In this document: one piece after another, positions 61,405-64,000 of the stretch
Numbering within the stretch: the first letter of the stretch is position 1
Layout of the letters: every line of letters starts with the position of its first letter
Assembly: GCA_049317265.1 (NCBI GenBank)
Contig: JBMOIP010000022.1
Coordinates: forward strand, 6,718 to 70,717
Reading direction: 5' to 3'
Source of the DNA: Bacteroidales bacterium
GTDB taxonomy: Bacteria > Bacteroidota > Bacteroidia > Bacteroidales > FEN-979
DNA length: 64,000 bases
The notes under the pieces: generated by a model
The model's input: only the letters and a program-made list of their open reading frames with translations
What the model was told of the DNA's origin: nothing
The model's database searches: none
Position numbers and translations under genes: made by a program

Positions 61405-63012
61405 TTACATTCTGAAAATCCCGTACTGCGTTTTTTCATATTTCTTGTTCTGCGAGATGGCGATCGCCAGGCCGAGGATTTTGCGGGTATCCACCGGGTC
61501 GATGATCCCGTCGTCCCAAAGCCGTGCGGTGCTGAAGTAAGCAGAGCCCTCCTCTTCGTATTTTTTCAGCGTGGTTTGCATCATCTTTTCACGGTCTTCG
61601 GGAGAGAGTGTTTTTCCTGCTGCCCTGAGCTGATCTTCCTTTACTGTAATGAGCACATTGGCTGCCTGTTCGCCTCCCATGACCGATATTTTGGAGTTGG
61701 GGTACATGAACAGGAACCTCGGCTCATAGGCACGACCTGCCATGGCATAGTTCCCGGCGCCAAAGGACCCCCCAAAAACCACGGTAAACTTCGGAACGTT
61801 GGCATTCGCTACGGCATGGACAAATTTCGCCCCGTCGCGGGCAATTCCAGCCCGCTCATACTGTTTCCCGACGATGAAGCCGGTGATGTTCTGCAGGAAT
61901 AGGATCGGGATGTTCCTTGAAGTGCATAGTTCCACGAAGTGCGCACCCTTCAGGGCTGTCTCTCCGAAAAGAACACCGTTGTTGGCGAGGATGCCAATGG
62001 GGTAACCCATGATCCGTGCAAAACCGGTGGTAAGGGTTGGTGCGTAGCGCTCCTTGAATTCGTGGAAGAGGCTGCCATCCACGATGCGGGCGATGATCTC
62101 CTTCGAATCCACCGGCTTCTTCAAGTCCACCGGCAGGATTCCGTATAACTCTTTGGGGTCGTATGCAGGTTCTTCTATGGGATGACTGTCGAGGCACTGG
62201 TACTCATGCCGTTGAATCGATTCAAATATGTTGCGGCAGATCTGGATGGCATGAACATCATTTTCGGCCAGGTGATCAGCCACACCAGAGATCATGGTGT
62301 GTACCTCTGCGCCGCCAAGTTCTTCCGCTGAAACCTCTTCGCCGGTTGCAGCCTTCACAAGGGGTGGTCCGCCGATGAAGATGGTTCCCTGGTTGCGGAC
62401 AATGATCGTTTCATCGCTCATGGCCGGAACATAGGCTCCTCCGGCCGTACAGGAACCCATCACCACCGATATCTGCGGGATGCCCTGTGCCGACAGCCTC
62501 GCCTGGTTGAAGAAGAACCGGCCGAAATCGTATTTGTCGGGAAAAACATTTGCCTGTTCAGGAAGGAATACACCGCCCGAATCGACCAGGTAGACGCATG
62601 GCAGCCTGTTTTCCATGGCAATCTCCTGAGCCCTGACATGCTTTTTAATGGTCTCTTTTACATAGGTTCCGCCTTTGACGGTTGCATCATTGGCCACAAT
62701 CATCACCTCTTTGCCATGGATGACACCGATGCCTGTGATGATCCCGGCCGAGGGGAACCCGTTGTCATACAAGCCAAATGCTGCAAGGGCCGAGAGTTCT
62801 ATGAATGGCGTGTTCCGGTCAACCAGCAGGTCGATTCGTTCCCTGGCAAGCAGTTTCCCGCGCTCTTTGTGCCTCGCCACCAGCTGCTCAGGGCCGCCCT
62901 GCCTGATGGTGGCCAGGTTCTCCCTGTACCTGTTCAACAGTTTCATGAACTCCTCACGGTTTTGGAGGTACTCCGGGCTGTCGACCTTAATTTTACTTTC
63001 GATTCGAAACAT
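61405..63012 (-). CDS. Carboxyltransferase subunit (methylcrotonyl-CoA carboxylase beta by context)
   Basis: 535 aa with '[10 protein letters not shown]' and '[11 protein letters not shown]', the typical acyl-CoA carboxylase beta layout. Confidence 0.88.
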   Translation of the reverse strand: MFRIESKIKVDSPEYLQNREEFMKLLNRYRENLATIRQGGPEQLVARHKERGKLLARERIDLLVDRNTPFIELSALAAFGLYDNGFPSAGIITGIGVIHGKEVMIVANDATVKGGTYVKETIKKHVRAQEIAMENRLPCVYLVDSGGVFLPEQANVFPDKYDFGRFFFNQARLSAQGIPQISVVMGSCTAGGAYVPAMSDETIIVRNQGTIFIGGPPLVKAATGEEVSAEELGGAEVHTMISGVADHLAENDVHAIQICRNIFESIQRHEYQCLDSHPIEEPAYDPKELYGILPVDLKKPVDSKEIIARIVDGSLFHEFKERYAPTLTTGFARIMGYPIGILANNGVLFGETALKGAHFVELCTSRNIPILFLQNITGFIVGKQYERAGIARDGAKFVHAVANANVPKFTVVFGGSFGAGNYAMAGRAYEPRFLFMYPNSKISVMGGEQAANVLITVKEDQLRAAGKTLSPEDREKMMQTTLKKYEEEGSAYFSTARLWDDGIIDPVDTRKILGLAIAISQNKKYEKTQYGIFRM

Positions 63013-63132
63013 GATCTATATCTGAAATACAATGAGTTACAAAATCCTGGTGAAGATGGATCCTTTTTGAATTTAGCGTACTAAATTAAGAATAATTCTA
63101 AATTATACAAACTATTTCTGAAATATCTGGCG

Positions 63133-63140
63133 TAACTTTG
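63133..63140 (+). promoter_or_regulatory. -7 box TAACTTTG
   Basis: Exact TAnnTTTG, about 100 nt upstream of the relA/spoT ATG. Confidence 0.35.
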
Positions 63141-63142
63141 CG

Positions 63143-63182
63143 TTCGCTTAAAGGCCATCAATAGCTTTCCACTTTAAGCGAA
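63143..63182 (+). other. Leader hairpin (11-bp perfect stem TTCGCTTAAAG / CTTTAAGCGAA, 18-nt loop)
   Basis: Read directly. It starts 3 nt after the -7 box. Confidence 0.5.
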
Positions 63183-63242
63183 GTGCATTTCAACTACTGA
63201 AAAAACTGATTAAGCTTGGCTGATACCATTACCAATAGTGCG

Positions 63243-64000
63243 ATGAAAGAACTGACCCTTGAAAGGCTGCTCGAATATGAGCAGTTGAACGGGGAGCGTA
63301 CAACCTTGAGAAAAGCTTTTTCCGCCATGCTCAACCAGACGGAAAGGGATGGCGATTCAGGCTATGTACAGATGGTTCTGGAAACGGCGGTCATTATCCT
63401 GGATGAGATGAACCTCGGACCGGCATCGGTGAAGTGCCTGATGCTTAAAAGTCTGGCTGACAAGGGAACGATGACGCCAGAACAGGTTGAAAATGAATAT
63501 GGTATGCCTGTCATGGGGCTGATTGAAGGCATTCATAAACTGGAGCGGATCGATACCAAGAAATACAGCACCAATACCGAAAATTTCATCGGTCTGATGC
63601 TGACACTTTCAGAGGATATCCGTGTTTTGCTCATCAGGCTTGGCATGCGGCTTTACGACATGCGTCACCTGTTGGAATATCCGCCTGAAAAACAATCCAT
63701 TATCACCGGCGAGACCCAGGCCCTCTATATCCCTATTGCACACCGCCTCGGGCTGTACCAGATAAAAAATGAACTGGAAGACCGGGTGATGCGGTTTCTC
63801 GATCCGCAAACCTATATGCTCATCGAAACGAAGCTCACAGATACGAAAGGAGACCGCGACCAGTATACCGCCGATTTTATCAAGCCCATCGAAGAACAGC
63901 TCAACGAAAACGGATTTGACTGCGAACTGAAGAGCAGGGTTAAATCCATTCCCTCCATCCGCAGGAAGATGTTGACCCAGAAGGTAGATTTTGAGAAAGT
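63243..64000 (+). CDS. RelA/SpoT-family (p)ppGpp synthetase/hydrolase, 3'-truncated by the window end
   Basis: The frame is open from ATG 63243 to the end of the window. 'ALYIPIAHRLGLYQIKNELEDRVMRFLDP' is typical of the HD-domain region, and '...SRVKSIPSIRRKM' is typical of the start of the synthetase domain. Confidence 0.85.
   Translation, partial: MKELTLERLLEYEQLNGERTTLRKAFSAMLNQTERDGDSGYVQMVLETAVIILDEMNLGPASVKCLMLKSLADKGTMTPEQVENEYGMPVMGLIEGIHKLERIDTKKYSTNTENFIGLMLTLSEDIRVLLIRLGMRLYDMRHLLEYPPEKQSIITGETQALYIPIAHRLGLYQIKNELEDRVMRFLDPQTYMLIETKLTDTKGDRDQYTADFIKPIEEQLNENGFDCELKSRVKSIPSIRRKMLTQKVDFEK

Noticed and set aside
1-64000. tRNA, rRNA, tmRNA or RNase P genes
   Set aside because: The non-coding gaps longer than 100 bp are 1513-1641, 5685-5845, 15281-15428, 20723-21245, 22110-22239, 27384-27556, 41678-41801, 42123-42237, 46441-46775, 60586-60966 and 63013-63242. 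None shows a cloverleaf-type arrangement or a conserved RNA core that I can recognise by eye.

Overview
This 64-kb chromosomal segment reads as an anaerobic Bacteroidota genome. The signs are T9SS C-terminal sorting domains, gldA/F/G, an ECF-sigma/FecR/TonB-receptor/DUF4249 module and TAnnTTTG -7 promoter boxes. It falls into four blocks. (i) 1.6-14.7 kb, + strand: an FG-GAP/ASPIC-type sensor kinase and a LuxR regulator, then two giant T9SS surface proteins (Kelch, beta-helix, dockerin-like, cohesin-like and Ig-like modules) and a tiny Pro/Lys-repeat secreted protein. (ii) 14.8-32.7 kb: an anaerobic purine/urate catabolic island of the E. coli ygeW-ygfK type (guaD, ygfK, xdhD-like Mo hydroxylase, ssnA, hyuA, ygeW, ygeY). 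It carries extra PLP enzymes and is split by a low-GC insertion: a REP-associated tyrosine transposase (RAYT), a hairpin/tandem-repeat array, and a GIY-YIG/DUF4357 nuclease bracketed by ~72-bp direct repeats. (iii) 32.7-46.4 kb, - strand: gldGFA, a metal-efflux RND system whose pump and outer-membrane factor share one frame, a Cys/His-rich small protein, and crcB translationally coupled to a classical xdhAB. (iv) 46.7-63 kb: an acyl-CoA ligase, an ECF/FecR/TonB-receptor module, and a leucine-catabolic (liu-type) operon. That operon is itself interrupted by a second RAYT with REP hairpins and a decayed 5' copy of the neighbouring hydratase gene. The window ends in a 3'-truncated relA/spoT gene. 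I recognised no rRNA, tRNA or CRISPR array. All family calls rest on motifs read by eye and on remembered homologues; none has been checked by a search.
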